Assembly (NCBI RefSeq): GCF_036321535.1
Contig: NC_087458.1
Location: 3,100,001-3,164,000, forward strand
DNA: 64,000 nt
DNA from: Camelus dromedarius
Lineage: Eukaryota
Reading direction: 5' to 3'
Under the pieces are notes generated by a model, which saw only the letters and a list, made by a program, of their open reading frames with translations, searched no databases and was not told the DNA's origin. Made by a program: the position numbers and the translations under genes. How positions within the stretch are numbered: position 1 is the first letter of the stretch; the number at the start of each line of letters is the position of its first letter. Positions 63,540 to 64,000 of this stretch are shown here, piece after piece.

Positions 63540-63735
63540 CTCTGGGAAGCAGGAAAGTGTCTTTTCCAAACCTCCACCACCCTGGGCTGGGTTAGAATAT
63601 TCTCTTTACTTCTCTTTCAGCAGTGAGCTATAAGATTTTTGAGGTCAAGGGTAGTACCTTAGTAATTTATGTGTCCCAAGTACCTAGCACAGTTTCTCAA
63701 CAAATCTTTGTTGAAAGAATAAATAAATGAATTTT
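63540..63735 (+). mobile_element. L2 3' end in an ITGA10 intron
   Basis: agctataagatttttgaggtcaaggg...cctagcacagtttctcaacaaatctttgttgaaagaataaataaatgaat. Confidence 0.65.
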
Positions 63736-64000
63736 TAAAAGGATACCAAAGGGAGATAAAGAGAGAACCAGACTTAGAGAGGGATGGTCTGTCAGACCTA
63801 ACTTCCCTGAGACATACCTACACCCCAGGGATCTTGTGTTATTCAAAGTAGATGGCACGTGGGAAGGCACAATATAAACCCCTAGCACTAAAGAGCTGTT
63901 ACAACCAAGATTTCATCTCCGTGCTCAGGAAATCACACCGACTCCTGCCTGCCTGTCCTGTTAAGTTCAATTTCATCTCCCTAGCTTTAAAGAGCTTTCA

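Overview
Mammalian genomic DNA, almost certainly from a camelid: it carries a Vic-1-type tRNA-derived SINE and camelid-type L1 3' ends. The window is syntenic with the human 1q21.1 block ITGA10-ANKRD35-PIAS3-NUDT17-POLR3C-RNF115. Left to right: intron 1 and coding exon 1 of RNF115 (-); a CpG-island bidirectional promoter; POLR3C (+, 534 aa); NUDT17 (+, 323 aa), tail-to-tail with PIAS3 (-, 628 aa); ANKRD35 (-, 995 aa); and the last three exons plus 3'UTR of ITGA10 (-). I placed exon boundaries by hand from splice signals and phase continuity. Comparisons with human proteins are from memory, not a database search. Two of the four N-gaps hide one coding exon each (POLR3C exon 8, PIAS3 exon 9). 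I found no wholly new gene system. The most notable items are a U12-type intron in the Pol III subunit gene POLR3C, a NOP56 retrocopy with target-site duplication, an L1-retroposed polyadenylated LTR fragment inside POLR3C, an upstream ORF overlapping the PIAS3 start, and an apparently obligatory NUDT17/PIAS3 3' overlap.
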